In this document: positions 17,371-29,913 of the stretch, piece by piece
Layout of the letters: each line of letters starts with the position of its first letter
How positions within the stretch are numbered: position 1 is the first letter of the stretch
Assembly (NCBI GenBank): GCA_964016885.1
Contig: OZ024740.1
Coordinates: 102,548,001 to 102,612,000 of the forward strand
From: Eledone cirrhosa
Taxonomy: Eukaryota
Length of the DNA: 64,000 nucleotides
Direction: 5' to 3'
Notes under the pieces: generated by a model
What the model was told of the DNA's origin: nothing
The model's input: only the letters and a program-made list of their open reading frames with translations
Database searches by the model: none
Position numbers and translations under genes: made by a program

Positions 17371-17629
17371 GTAGGAATATGAGATGAATGGCTATCCTGG
17401 GTCACCCTGCAACATTTGAAGTAATCCATTAACATCATCAAAATAAAAATGAATCTATCCAGAAAATGAAAAGAAATATGCTGGACAAGAACCAAGCAAA
17501 CCCTTCCAAAAACATAGTTTGTGTGCGGCTTGTCTCTACCATATAAATTCCTTTGTTAACATTGGAAACAGATGCAAATGGTACAGCCAGTTGAAAAAGT
17601 CTCACTATGTGGAGAGCTTAATAATGGTT

Positions 17630-17810
17630 TTTGATTTAGGCCAGCAATTTTGGAGGAGGTGAATGTCAATTAAATTGACCCCTGTGCATGACTGGTACTT
17701 TATTTTATTGACCCGCAGCAGGATTTGAATTCAGAATATGAAGAGCCATAACTCTATGCCCTGAAACAGGGTGTCCAACGCTCTACCGATACTGCCAATC
17801 CACTGCCCTG
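17630..17810 (-). mobile_element. tRNA-derived SINE (second family)
   Basis: Minus strand tggcagtatcggtagagcgttggac...gaattcaaatcc...aataaagtaccagt; relatives at 33895, 36415, 38935 (+) and 53085-53268 (-). Confidence 0.7.
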
Positions 17811-18081
17811 GAGAGCTTAATAATAACTACAACAACAATAAATCAAAAAGAGGGGGAAAAAACAACAAAAACTGATGTATGTAAGAATTTACTGATTGTT
17901 GATGTATTACAAGCATTCATATGAAAACATGGAACAATAGGTAGGTAGTGAGACAAAGAAATCACTAACGAACACAGAGAACACTCAATATGAGATAAAT
18001 AAACACTATAATTCTGTAGAAAGCAAATAAAAATATGGTGGGCACATTCTGAATTTAAGAAAAAAATATACAGACTTATAT

Positions 18082-18417
18082 GGAGGCACATGGCTTAGTG
18101 GTTAGAGCATTGGCCTTGCAATTGAAAGGTTGTGAGTTCAATTATCAGACCGGGTGATGTGTTGTTTCCTTGAGCAAGACACTTTATTTCACATTGCTCC
18201 AGTTTACTCAGCTGTAGAAATGAGATGATAGGGACTGGGGTCCCTATCATTCCACTGTAAAGTGGTCGTGGAGGTGCCACGGCAAAAAAACACCCAGCAC
18301 TCACTGTAAATGAGGTTGGTGTTAGGAAGGGCATCCAGCTGTAGAAATCAAGCCAGAATCAGTTCCCATTCCACCCTTGCAAGCAGGGAAAAGCGGACGT
18401 AAAATGATGATGATGAT
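18082..18417 (+). mobile_element. Full-length tRNA-derived SINE with RTE tail
   Basis: GGAGGCACATGGCTTAGTGGTTAGAGC A box, GAGTTCAATT B box, CORE-like body, (gat)n end. Confidence 0.88.
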
Positions 18418-19890
18418 ATGTAGAAAAACAAAAACAAAAATACCAGTACCCAACAAAAATGACGTCATTATAAATGAAGGGTTGAACTTTGCCCCTGATG
18501 TGCCATAAATAAAACTGAAAATGGACCTGAGAGGAATATATTTCTATTCTATATGCATTTTTTATGGCAACACTGTACTTCGAAAATGTAAACACTACAG
18601 AATAAATATAAAATCTTGGTATTTAATAGAAGCAAAACAGTAAATGTAGCCAAAAAAGTTAAAGAGGTGTGAAGGATTGTGGGTAGCAAGGGTATCCCAA
18701 ACTACTTGTATTCAGATTTTGTAATTCAGTTTTCCTAGTTTAAAAACCAAGGAATTAACCAGAAATCAATAATTATCATAAGCTGCAAGCATGGACACAA
18801 GCATTTGTTCTTAAATTTAAATCTTTCAGGAGTAAAACAACCAATATAAGCACAAGTAGTTGATTACAAAATCTGAATATATTGACCCTGAGTTAAGAAT
18901 TAAACAAGCACATATACACACATACAAAACTTCATACTGAAAACCTGATTAAAAATTGTTGCATGTGAAAAATTACCCCTAATACAAACAAGCCTTTGTT
19001 GTTGTGATCGTTGTAGTAACAAAACCTATTTCCTCCTCCTTTCAGCTTACCCACAATCCACTGCGCATTCCTAACATCTCTCCAAAAATTAACTAATCTA
19101 TATATTAATTTCAACAATGTCAGTATTCCATGTGTCATAATTCTCGATTATCATTGGTTCATATGTTTCAAACGACTCCGCCCACCTCGACGACGCCAAA
19201 CTTAAATTAATATGCATAATGCCAATGAGGGAGTGAGAGGGGAGAGTAAGAAACGAAGAGGCAAAGTGTTGGATACACTATGTATATGTGTCAGTGTAGA
19301 GACATGTGTGTGTGTGATGTGTGTGGAAATAAGAGGGGAAGGAAAGCAATAACTATTAACATGTGTGCGTGTGTATGTACGTGCGCGTATGTTTATGTGT
19401 GTGTGCGTGCGTGCAGCGTTCCACAGAAAGTAAAAACTATTAACATGTGTGAGTGTGTGCGTGTGTGTAAGAGCACGGGTGCGTGTGTAAGTTTGCGTGC
19501 GTCGCTTCTGATTGCGGTGGTAATAAAACCTCATCATATGTTGAGTCTGGCAAAAAGGTTGGATCCTATGGCTGGCCAGGGCTAGAGTAATATTGAAAAA
19601 CGATTCTATTTTCGAAGTAGAAGGATCCGCCATTTGGAGTTCAAACCAGGCCACCTCCCCGAGTTGAACTCTGGGCAACATTGACTGTCTATTACTTAGT
19701 CGCTATGAGCCTGGAAATTACTGAATAAATTTTTGTGTCATATAAATTGTTGTTTTATTATTATAGCTGACCACTTATAGATAAGCATGTTATCCATATC
19801 CATATTAATTTGGCATTTGTATAAACCATTTCAAGTAAATAGGGACATTTTTTACTTTGACGGACATCTTTATATTTATCTATATCTATA

Positions 19891-20231
19891 TCTACATATA
19901 ATATAAATGATTGGAACTTCCATCATCCTTTTGAGACACGTGGAACAACCACGTCTATGCAATGATACACGTTTTACAGTCAGACAGAAGATGAACCATC
20001 TGCTAGAGGTCACTATTCTAGCTGGGAGCGCCTAGAATTGTTCATATACTATGCACAAACGGTACAACGAAGAATCTGGTATATCTGGAAGATTATTTTT
20101 ACTGTTTTTTGTATCACACCACGGACTCGCCTCATACGGTAACCAGACAAACATCCAATACAGTCATTTTCTCTTTTACCTGTCATCTCTTATCATCTGT
20201 TTACCCGGGCGAAGCTGGGTACGTCAGCTAG
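19891..20231 (+). mobile_element. Non-autonomous Helitron
   Basis: 5' A|TC start (tctacatataatataaatg), subterminal hairpin ACCCGGGC-GAA-GCTGGGT at 20203-20220, 3' CTAG|T at 20228-20232. Confidence 0.7.
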
Positions 20232-20394
20232 TAGCTACCTATTTAAACAAAATCATGCCTGATCGTAAATGATGCCACACTGTCCAAAAAATTGACATTG
20301 ACATGCAAACACCTTGTTGACAAATGAACTGTTTTGTTCCGTTTAAAATTATATATTTTCTATATATTTCTAGGCATTTATCTCCCCATATATA

Positions 20395-20548
20395 TATGAA
20401 TTTGTTTTGCAAGGTTTCTTATCTGAAAACGTGTGTTGAAACAGATATTGTTACACTTTGGGAGGGTCATGCTGCCAGAATGTGTGACGAAAGAGCTTTG
20501 ACAATATATAAACAACCATCTAGTTATCGAACCAACCAACCAGACATT
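20395..20548 (+). mobile_element. Collapsed copy of the 14.1-14.9 kb Penelope-like family
   Basis: First about 80 bp match the reverse complement of 14830-14908, remainder matches the reverse complement of 14145-14218. Confidence 0.7.
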
Positions 20549-20854
20549 TCCCTATTTAGCAGCTATTTCTAGCTCACTTATGGTCTACCCTAATGTTCCG
20601 CCTATTCAGTTGCAATTTCTAGCACACTATGTGTTTCCTCCTATTTAGCTGCTTTTTCTAGCACACTTATGGACCACCATGATGTTCTCCCTATTTAGCT
20701 GCTATTTCTAGAACAATAGACCACTATGTGAATTCCTCTATTTAATTGCTATTTCTAGCACATTAATGGACCACTATGATGCCCCCCCCCCCTATTTAAA
20801 TGCTATTGCTAGAATACCAATGTACAACTATGTGGTTTCCCCTATTTAGCTATT

Positions 20855-22549
20855 TAATAATAATAATAATAATGAAATGATTGTGTACAGTGCTCAGGTG
20901 CACTACAACTCATCAAAGGTGCATGTATAGTACATAGAATAATGTACAAATGTCAGGAAAATGAACAGTGTATGAGTCATGATATAATAACAATAACAAT
21001 AATGAAATATTGTGTACAGTGCCCAGGTGCACCACAACTCATCAAAAAAGTGCATGTACAGTACATAGGGCAATGCACAAACATCAGTAAAATGAACAGT
21101 GCACGAGTCATGATACACACATGTGTGCATGTGTATGGAAGGGGTACATCAGGTGTAGTTTTGGCGTATTTCGGGAAGCATGAGTGTCTTAAAGGATGCA
21201 GTGTCTCGGCAGCTAACAATTGACGCAGGCAGTTTGTTCCATGCTTCAGCAACTCTGAGCGTGAAAAAATGTCTGCGAAAGTCATGGGAGCTGTGCTGTT
21301 TTCTTATCTTGTAGGCATGTCCACGTGTGTTAGACACATGGAGATCAAAGAGGCGCTCAGGGTTGCAGTTGGCGAGATGGTTAAAAACTTTGTGGGTATT
21401 CACCAAGTCCATTGCCAGACGTCGGAGCTTCAATGAATCCATGCCCAGGGAAGCAAGGCGTTCAGAGTATGGTAGGTGTCTGATGGAGGGTATGCGCTTG
21501 GTTGCACGTCTCTGAACAGTTTCCAGGAGGTCAATGTTCCGAGCAAGATAGGGGTTCCAGACTGATGATGCGAATTCCAAGTGTGGTCGCACCATAGCTG
21601 TATACAGTTTTAAATAGATGGCTGGAGAGCGGCTAACAAAGGTCTTGCTGAGTGATGCCATGACACCCTCGGCCTTCTTGACAATCTTAGAGACATGCTT
21701 TGTCCAACGCAAATCGTTGCTGACAGTAATGCCCAGGTCACGTTCACAAGAGGACTTTTTGATGTCAGTGTTGTGGAGGGAGTATGTGGACGCTGGATTT
21801 TTCCTTCCAAAATGCATGGTGGTACACTTGTCCACAGCCAGCTTCAGTTGCCAGTCTGTGATCCATTGCTGCATTGTGTCCAGGTCTGATTGTAGGAAAG
21901 AGTTGTAAATTTCAGGATCAGTCCTTTTGATTTCAAGGTACAGCTTGATGTCATCTGCATATTTTAGTACCGTGGCATTCTGTAAGTTGGCATCTATGTC
22001 ATTAATATATGCCACAAACAAAAGAGGACCAAGAACAGATCCCTGTGGTACACCAGATGACATCTCATATGGTGAAGAATGCTGTCCTAGAACCGTGACT
22101 ACTTCCTTTCGGCTGAGAATGAAGGATTTCAGCCAGTCGAAAAGATCATCCCTCACACCCATTGCAGAGAGTTTTGCCATAAGTCTTTTGTGTGGCACAG
22201 AATTAAAAGCCTTAGCAAAGTCAAGGTAAACAACATCCACCCATGAGCCGCTGTCAGTGATCCGGGTGATGTCCTCAAGGAACTCGATAAGCTGATCACA
22301 GCAGCTGGAGTTAGGGATAAATCCAAACTGTGAGGGCCGGATGAGGCTGTGAGAGCTCCAGAAGTTCCAAAGTGTTTCTCTGACACAGGATTCCATCAGT
22401 TTGGCCATACAGCTAGTAAGACTGACTGGACGATAGTTGACAGGTGACATGCGGTTGCCCTTTTTGAACAGGGGAATGACACTGGCAGTTTTCCACTGCT
22501 CCGGAGTAGCACCATTGCTGAGACAGTATTGAAAGAAAAAAGAAAGCTG
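20855..22549 (-). mobile_element. 5'-truncated CR1-clade LINE with duplicated 3' UTR and (TTA)n tail
   Basis: RT ORF plus two tandem copies of the tail gtgcacctg(a/g)gcactgtacacaat..ttcattatt. Confidence 0.92.
21149..22450 (-). CDS. Reverse transcriptase domain of CR1-clade LINE (uninterrupted; frame stays open to about 22549)
   Basis: NYRPVSLTS, QFGF, YLDFAKAFNSVPH, SGVPQGSVLGPLLF, YADD, ERDLG, VRPHLEFASSVWNP. Confidence 0.88.
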   Translation of the reverse strand: MSPVNYRPVSLTSCMAKLMESCVRETLWNFWSSHSLIRPSQFGFIPNSSCCDQLIEFLEDITRITDSGSWVDVVYLDFAKAFNSVPHKRLMAKLSAMGVRDDLFDWLKSFILSRKEVVTVLGQHSSPYEMSSGVPQGSVLGPLLFVAYINDIDANLQNATVLKYADDIKLYLEIKRTDPEIYNSFLQSDLDTMQQWITDWQLKLAVDKCTTMHFGRKNPASTYSLHNTDIKKSSCERDLGITVSNDLRWTKHVSKIVKKAEGVMASLSKTFVSRSPAIYLKLYTAMVRPHLEFASSVWNPYLARNIDLLETVQRRATKRIPSIRHLPYSERLASLGMDSLKLRRLAMDLVNTHKVFNHLANCNPERLFDLHVSNTRGHAYKIRKQHSSHDFRRHFFTLRVAEAWNKLPASIVSCRDTASFKTLMLPEIRQNYT

Positions 22550-22731
22550 CTAGCCTATATGTGGATCACCTATTTAGCTACTATTTCTAACACACCTATG
22601 TTCTACCATTAGGTTCCCCCAAATTAGCTGCTATTTCTAACACACTTATGGACCACTATGGGGTCCCCCCTAATTTTTTCTGCTATATTTAACACACCAA
22701 TGGACCACCACGGGGTTCACCTAATTTAGCT

Positions 22732-23955
22732 CCACACAACCGCACATACACGCGTACGCAAACGCACACAATGTGGCACGCACACGCATATACACCGGCA
22801 CAAACACACGCAAACGCACGCACACAAATTCGTACATAAACACTCACATTCGTACACACATACGCACATAGACGCGCATAAACACGTGCACACAGACTGA
22901 CACTCACACGTGCACATAGATGCGCATGCACGCGCGAGTACACACGCACACAGACGCACACACATTAGCACACACACGCGCGCACTCAACTGCGCACGCA
23001 AATGCGCAAACATACATGCACATACACAAGCACAGACACGCACACACAATCGCTTATACATATGCGCACGCAAATTCGCACACATACATGCACACACAGG
23101 TGTGCACACATGCACTCACACAGCGCACAAACATCCAAGTATTCGCATATACACGTGCACACATTGGCGCACACAAATGTTCACAAAAAGGCGCACACGA
23201 ACGCAAACAAAGACGCGCGATCAGTAGTGCACACATATGTGTATAAACGCGCACACACAGTCGCGAAGACACTTGTGCAAACACACAAAACCACACGCGC
23301 ACACACAAACCTACGCATCCGCTCAAAAATGTGCCCACAAACGCGCACAAAATCGCGTGCACTCAAATTAACACACAAACGTACACACACACGCGGACAC
23401 ACACAAACACTCATATACACGAACATGTACACTCTCACGCACACATACACGCGCAGACACGCGCGCAAACTAATGTGCACACACAAACACACGCACTCAC
23501 ATGCTCATGCACGCGCACACAAATATCCGCATATACATACGCACACACAGGCGTACAAAATTGCACGGACACACAAATGCACACACACACAAGCACATAT
23601 ATAGGTGCCCAAATATGCACACAAACGCAAAAGCACATGCACACAGCCACACATACACGCCAACACACACGAGCACATAAACGCGCGCACACGAACACAC
23701 ACACGTCCCAACCTACAAATACACATAAGTACACTTACACGCGCGCACACATGTGCACACATACATGCACACAGTGGTGCACACAAATGCATACATAAAT
23801 GCGCACAAAATCCCGTACACACATGCACACAAACACACGCACACACAAATACACACACTCACACACATGCACACAATAGCATATACATACTCTCAGACAA
23901 ACGCGCGCACAAACAACCGCACAATCATACGCACACTAATGCGCACACACGCGCA
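22732..23955. repeat. Degenerate (CA)/(CACG) low-complexity tract
   Basis: Directly visible. Confidence 0.92.
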
Positions 23956-24413
23956 CTTATTTTCTCTTTATTCTCCTCCCCACATCTTCTCTTTCTTTTG
24001 TTTTTATTCCTCTTTTCTCTTATATATTTTTTTCTTCATTTCTTCATTTCTTCATTTATTTATTCATTTAATTCATTTATTTATTTATTTATTTATTTGT
24101 TTATTTCTTGCCTTTTCCTACTTTAAGTTTATCATATTATTTGTGGTATAAAAACGTTGAGATTTGGTGAAATACATCACTGCCAATACTGGAATAGAAT
24201 AATCAAAACCGTAACGGTATGTCACATATCAAATCTTATATTTTGTCTGATGAAAACGTAGTTAAACACCAGTGTACCTTTGAAATATGTATAATAAAAT
24301 ATATATTTTGATTATGAGAATATTTTTCATTAATTAACATTTTGAATAATATGTATGTGTATATATATATATATATATATAAATGTGTGTGTGTGTGTGT
24401 ATATATATATTAT

Positions 24414-24872
24414 GCCGGGTCACTCTTGAGTGCTACTGGTAACATGTAACCCAGTACAACCTGTCGCATGGTCGAGTCGTCGGTGACTAAACCGGCAACC
24501 CCACCAAGTTTACTTGGTGAGGAGGGTGATTTTGGACACCCTGCACGACAAAAAACAAAACCTGACAAAGCGCGGAAGAACTCATAAGAGTCAATGGCCA
24601 TCCAAAAGTGTGTAAATATGTATATACACATGTACATATGTATGCATATGCGCGGGAACATAGAAATAGTCGGGCTGGGCACTCGATCGCGCGGTTAAAC
24701 CACTAGGAGTGAAGAACTCCTAGCCTTTGTCAGGGCATTCTTCTAGGAGAAGACAACTCAGGAAACTGGGATAACTCCGATATAAAACCTGCAGCTCAGT
24801 AGTTACCGATGATGTTGATCTTTTCTTCTTTTCGGGTTATAGCTACTGTCGCTCAGAGAGTGGGATTAGCTC
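24414..24872 (+). mobile_element. 5' part of a sister subfamily of the bipartite RTE-derived element
   Basis: cccagtacaacctgtc..ccaag-ttt-cttggtgaggagggtga..gagtcaatgg..tagcctttgtca..ctaggagaag aligns with 8087-8395. Confidence 0.7.
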
Positions 24873-24889
24873 AATGCACAGTGCACAGT

Positions 24890-25033
<144 letters not shown>

Positions 25034-25405
25034 ATATATGATGGCTGCCCCCTCGTTATCGAGTATGGCCATTGCACGATATACCATTATTAATAATTAT
25101 TAATTAATTCTATCGTGCAATGCCTGTGCGTAAAGATATGTTTTAAAGTGAAGAAAGACTGTGCACTGAACCAATCCCACTTTCTGAAAAGATATATATA
25201 TATATATATATATATATAAAGAAGAAGTTTATGAAACGGAAATGCAGGTATAAAGAATTTATTAGGTAACAATCTCTACTACTCTGACAGTCTTAAATCC
25301 TAAGACTCCCTCCCCCTTACTCGCTTCCCTCTTCCTCTTCCCTTCCTACCTCCTTCTTTCTCTTATATCTAGTGTATAAAATATTTTCATATCATTCTAC
25401 TACAA

Positions 25406-25522
25406 AGGTCTGACGACATGGTGTGTTTTCTTACAGTGTACCTACGATTTATGATAATATTTTTATATTATACAAATAGCGAGGTATAGGTAACCCGTAC
25501 ACTATAGAAACAATTGTTACCT
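25406..25522 (+). ncRNA. Type I hammerhead ribozyme with long stem II insert
   Basis: AGGT-CTGACGA-cATGGTGTG...TACACTATa-GAAA-CAATTG-T-T-ACCT-AATAAA; stem III ACAATTGT is palindromic. Confidence 0.72.
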
Positions 25523-25707
25523 AATAAATTCTTTATACCCGCATTTTCGTTTCATAAACTTCTTCATATTTTCTCCGGATTTTAAAACACACTTTATTAT
25601 ACGTTGAGCAATCTCCGACGTCGGTTGACTCCATCCAATGCGACTACTTAGCAACATTGGAATACAGATTTATTAATTATATATATATAGATATAGATAT
25701 AGATATG

Positions 25708-26136
25708 TTTCTTTATTAGCCACAGGGGCTCAAAAGAAGGGGACAAATACAAAGGGGGAAGTTTACATACAATAAAAACGTGTAAAATGTTATCACAAAT
25801 ACAATTTAAAAAAATTAGTCGATTTTCCCCAATAGGCGGAGACAGTTCATATGGGTAACACATACCCCCGAAAAAATGTGAAACCCTCATCTCCAGGAGT
25901 ACGAAGAGTTTGTACTCCTTTCCTCTCCTCCTCCTTTTCCTCAGCCTACAGGCTGATATAGAGAGAAGGCCCATTCACTCGGGCCATTCTCGCCACTTTC
26001 ACCCACCTTTCATAAAACTTGCTGGGGTACAGCACCTCTCTCTCCATCCTGATTCTTCTTCCAAAGTGGTATTTGAAAAAAAGAATCAGTTGTTGGCCGG
26101 AGAGAAAGGTGTCTGACCTCAGCCCTTTCAACCTTG

Positions 26137-26137
<1 letters not shown>
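25708..26137 (-). mobile_element. 5'-truncated 430 bp copy of the Tx1-like element 3' end
   Basis: Nearly identical to 26205-26635; bounded by GATA-type repeats. Confidence 0.9.
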
Positions 26138-26202
<65 letters not shown>

Positions 26203-26203
26203 T
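26138..26203. repeat. (GATA)n
   Basis: Directly visible. Confidence 0.97.
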
Positions 26204-26399
26204 ATTTCTTTATTAGCCACAGGGGCACAAAAGAAGGGGACAAATACAAAGGGGGAAGTTTACATATAATAAAAACGTGTAAAATGTTATCACAAATGGA
26301 ATTTAAAAAGTTAGTCGATTTCCCCCAATAGAGGGAGACAGTTTATATGGGTAACACATACCCCCGAAAAAAAATGTGCAACCCTCATCTCCAGGAGTA

Positions 26400-29300
26400 C
26401 GAAGAGTTTGTACTCCTTTCCTCTCCTCCTCCTTTTCCTCAACCTACAGGCTGATATAGAGAGAAAGCCCATTCACTCGGGCCATTCTCGTCACTTTCAC
26501 CCACCTTTCATAAAACTTGCTGGGGTACAGCACCTCTCTCTCCATCCTGATTCTTCTTCCAAAGTGGTATTTGAAAAAAAGAATCAGTTGTTGGCCGGAG
26601 AGAAAGGTGTCTGACCTCAGCCCTTTCAACCTTGTTCACCATAAACCTCTTTCGCCATAGCTATCACACAAAGGAAAACCGCCTCTCCTTCGTTTTTGAA
26701 GGAGGGTGGCGGTTTGATCATGACATTGGACTCGGTGGTCAACCGGATTGGTCCCACCCGCGACAATAGTCGTTCTACATATACCCACAGGTCAGTTGTG
26801 CCCGGGCACTGTATGAATGCGTGCGCGACGGTTTCTTCGTCTCGCACGCACCTCGGACAGATCTTTTTTGCAGGGTCCCTGCCCGGGCGCCCATGTCTGT
26901 AGAGCTTGTCTCGAACTGGTAGAGCTCCTCGGTAGCACTGCCAGGCCAGGGACTTTTGGAAGTTGTCCATCGGTCCCGGGCGGAAGGTCCTACCTTACAG
27001 ACTGGCCAGGTCATCTTCCTCTACGCCTAGAGTTTCACCGAGCGCATCGTCGCACTTGCTGCGGACCAACCCTCTATAGAATGACGAAGTGGAGTCTCCA
27101 CTGATCGCCGGGTCCGCCTGCCAGAGGGCTGTGAGCGCCTGAGCACATTCGATGTGCCAGTCGCCCATTTTCCTCGGTCTTTGCTTGACCCAGGACTGCA
27201 GCTCGGTCAGCGAGACGAGTCGTGGGAAGGCTCGCCTCACGAACGGGGCCCACACCGGTTGTCCGGTGAGGTATACGTAGAGATGCCGCAGCCTGAGCGC
27301 GTGTTTACGCATCGTCAACCACGGCATCCCCAGCTCTCCGTTAGAAGGGTGTTGGCAGCAGATGGATCTTCTCACCAAAGGAGCCCGCCTCTTCCAAAGG
27401 AATTGGAAGAGCGCGCGCTCCATTTTGGCGAGCGTTTTGGCTGGACAAGGCACGACGGTCAAGCGGTAGTAGATGGCGGACGCTATAAAAGTGTTCGCCA
27501 CCTCCGCTCGACCTTTCAAGGATAGTTTGCACTCGGCCCACTTCTGGGTGAGTGCAAACACCTTGGCCGTCACTTCGTTCCAGTTCTTCTCCACCTGGAG
27601 GTCCGGACCAAACCAGACCCCGAGCAGCTTTACCGGTCCTTCCGTCCAGCGTCCGACGACGCCATCGGAAGGCATCGATTTGCCTCTCCACGATCCGAGT
27701 TGCAAACCGATGGACTTATCCCGGTTCAGCTTCGCTCCTGTGAGACTTTCGTATTCCTTCAGTAAGGTGCCGACTTCCTCGATTTGCGAGGCGCTCGACA
27801 CCATTACTGTCACGTCGTCGGCGTAGGCCGACGCCGCTTTCCGCAGTCCCGGTTCCAGAGGGATGCCCTGCAATAGCTCCAACTTCCGCAGTAGTGGCTC
27901 GAGAGTCAGTACGTACAGAAGGGAGGAGAGAGGGCATCCCTGTCGAATGGATCGCGTAATATGGAACGGCTCCGAGAGGTAGCCGTTCACCTTAACCCTT
28001 GGGCAGATGTTGCTGTTGTGCATTGCAGTAATCCAGCCCCTGAACGCGGGTCCGAAGCCTGCCGCCTCGAGCACCGCATCCAGGTAACGATGATCAACCC
28101 TATCGAAAGCCTTAAACTGATCCAAGTTGATCAGGGCCCCACCGAAGCCGGGTTTACACCCTACACTCTCTATGATGTATCGCATGAGGTGGAGGTTGTC
28201 GTGTATGGACCTGGTCGGGATTGCGCATGTCTGCGCTTCTCCCACCAGGTTCTCGACGACAAGCGCCAGCCTCTTTGCCAACACCTTGGCCAAAATCTGT
28301 AACTCTGTGTTTAGCAGAGTTATGGGCCGGAAGTTGCCTATGTCATCCCCCTTATTCTCGTCCTTCCTGATTAGTGTGACCACGCCCCCGGTTACAGAAC
28401 TGGGAATTCTCCCGTTCTGTTGCCAGTTGCAGTAGACCGCTTCCAGGAGACCGGAGAATAAGTCCGGCATTGCTACGTAAAATTCGTAGGGTAGACCGTC
28501 GAGACCTGGAGATTTGCGTTTGCCGCATTGGCTCAGCGCGTCCCCTATCTCAGCGGCTGAAATCGGCTTTTCGCAGAACTTTGCCTTGCTGTCCGAGAGT
28601 CGCGGTAGGCCGTCGAGGTATGGACCGAAATCCATAGCCTCTCCCGGCGCGCCGCCCCTCTCGAACAGTTGAGCAAAGTGCCGCTGAAAAGCCGCACACA
28701 TCTGCTTCGGCTCACGTATCACGCGTCCGTTTTGGTCCTTCAAAGACCGAAACGTGGACTTGTTGCCACTTTTTGCCTCCGTCACTCGGGCCCAGCTAAC
28801 AGCTTTGGCTCCCTCGTTTCCCAGAGCACGTATTTTGCTTCTGACAACGCAGCCCTCGTGCTTTGCGTCGAAGAACTGGTCCAAGGCCATTCTCGTTGCT
28901 AGCACGCTGGCTACGTTGCCACTTCTAATTGCCTCTTCTACTTTATCTACCAGTTCCTTCTCGGTTCTATTTCTATCTAACGCTAATTCTTTACTAAAAA
29001 CTATCGAGTCTAATCTAACTGCCCTCTTGAGAGAGTACCATCATCTGTTGTTGACAATGGCCCCTGTCAAGTGCTGTTTAACTAAAGTGCTAATCCGTCT
29101 ACTGTAGGCTTTGCTTGTCGGTAACGACAAGTTCAGCTTCCAGTAGCCGGGTCCTTGTCTATGGGTTCTATCAAGGTTGGCCATGCAGGTCACTAGTTTG
29201 TGATCTGAATAGGCAACCATGAACATTTGTGGACAGCTTAACATGTCCCTATCCTTATTTCTAACTAGAACCCTATCTAGGTACGATCTAGATGTTCCGC

Positions 29301-29880
29301 TACGATTACTCCACGTCCACAGTGGCGCAGTCGGAAAATCTAGTCGATATCTATCGGCCAGGTCAAATCGGTCGATTAACTGTTTGAGGCTGTTACACCC
29401 CCCTTTATCGGGACATGCTCCCACATAGTCCCAACCTGCATCTAGGATTCCATTCCAGTCCCCCACTAAAAGCAAGGAGCGGGACGTACCCAGAAAAGTC
29501 TCTAGACGTTTGAAGAAGTCTGGCCGCGGTGTCCCGGATGGGGCATATGCGGCCACCAGCCTGAAGGCTCCACCTTCACTACCGTCAACGTCTAGAACCA
29601 CCAGTCGACCCTCCGGGTCCAGATGTACCGTATGTGTTACGAGGCCCAGGTGTTTCCGCAGCAAAACGGCAACTCCGCCCCCACCCCCCGGTTGACAGAG
29701 AGATGCGTAGATCTCAAAGTCATCGAAGATGGGGGCCAGCTGTCGCTCGCCGTGGGTCCTGGACTCGCAAATGGCTACCACATCCATACTGTGCGACCTG
29801 AGGTTGTTTAAGAGTTTGCCCTGTTTCCAGGGCATCCCCAGGCAGCGTACGTTCACACATCCAACTCTTATATTGGCCAT
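26400..29880 (-). pseudogene. ORF2 of Tx1-like element (AP endonuclease, RT, zf); TGA at 29041 and frameshifts near 26995 and 26630
   Basis: CVNVRCL, AICE, GDWN, YLDRV, YSDHK; KSPGLDGLPYEFY, NFRPITLLN, DQFKAFDRVDH, IRQGCPLS, AYADD; CPRC..EETVAHAFIQC. Confidence 0.9.
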
Positions 29881-29913
29881 GTTGGTGCTGAAAAGTTAAA
29901 AGAGGAAAAGAGA

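Larger units (their letters stand above)
20549..22731. repeat. Degenerate 40-50 bp minisatellite (cctatttagctgctatttctagcacacttatggaccactatg) in two blocks, 20549-20853 and 22550-22731, split by a CR1 insertion
   Basis: About 6-7 units on the left and about 4 on the right of the LINE. Confidence 0.85.

Noticed and set aside
18082-18160. tRNA-like sequence
   Set aside because: SINE head continuing into a CORE-like body and RTE tail; not a complete cloverleaf gene
19150-19230. GAAACATATG with flanking cattgg/ccaatg on the minus strand
   Set aside because: No CTGANGA core; likely coincidence
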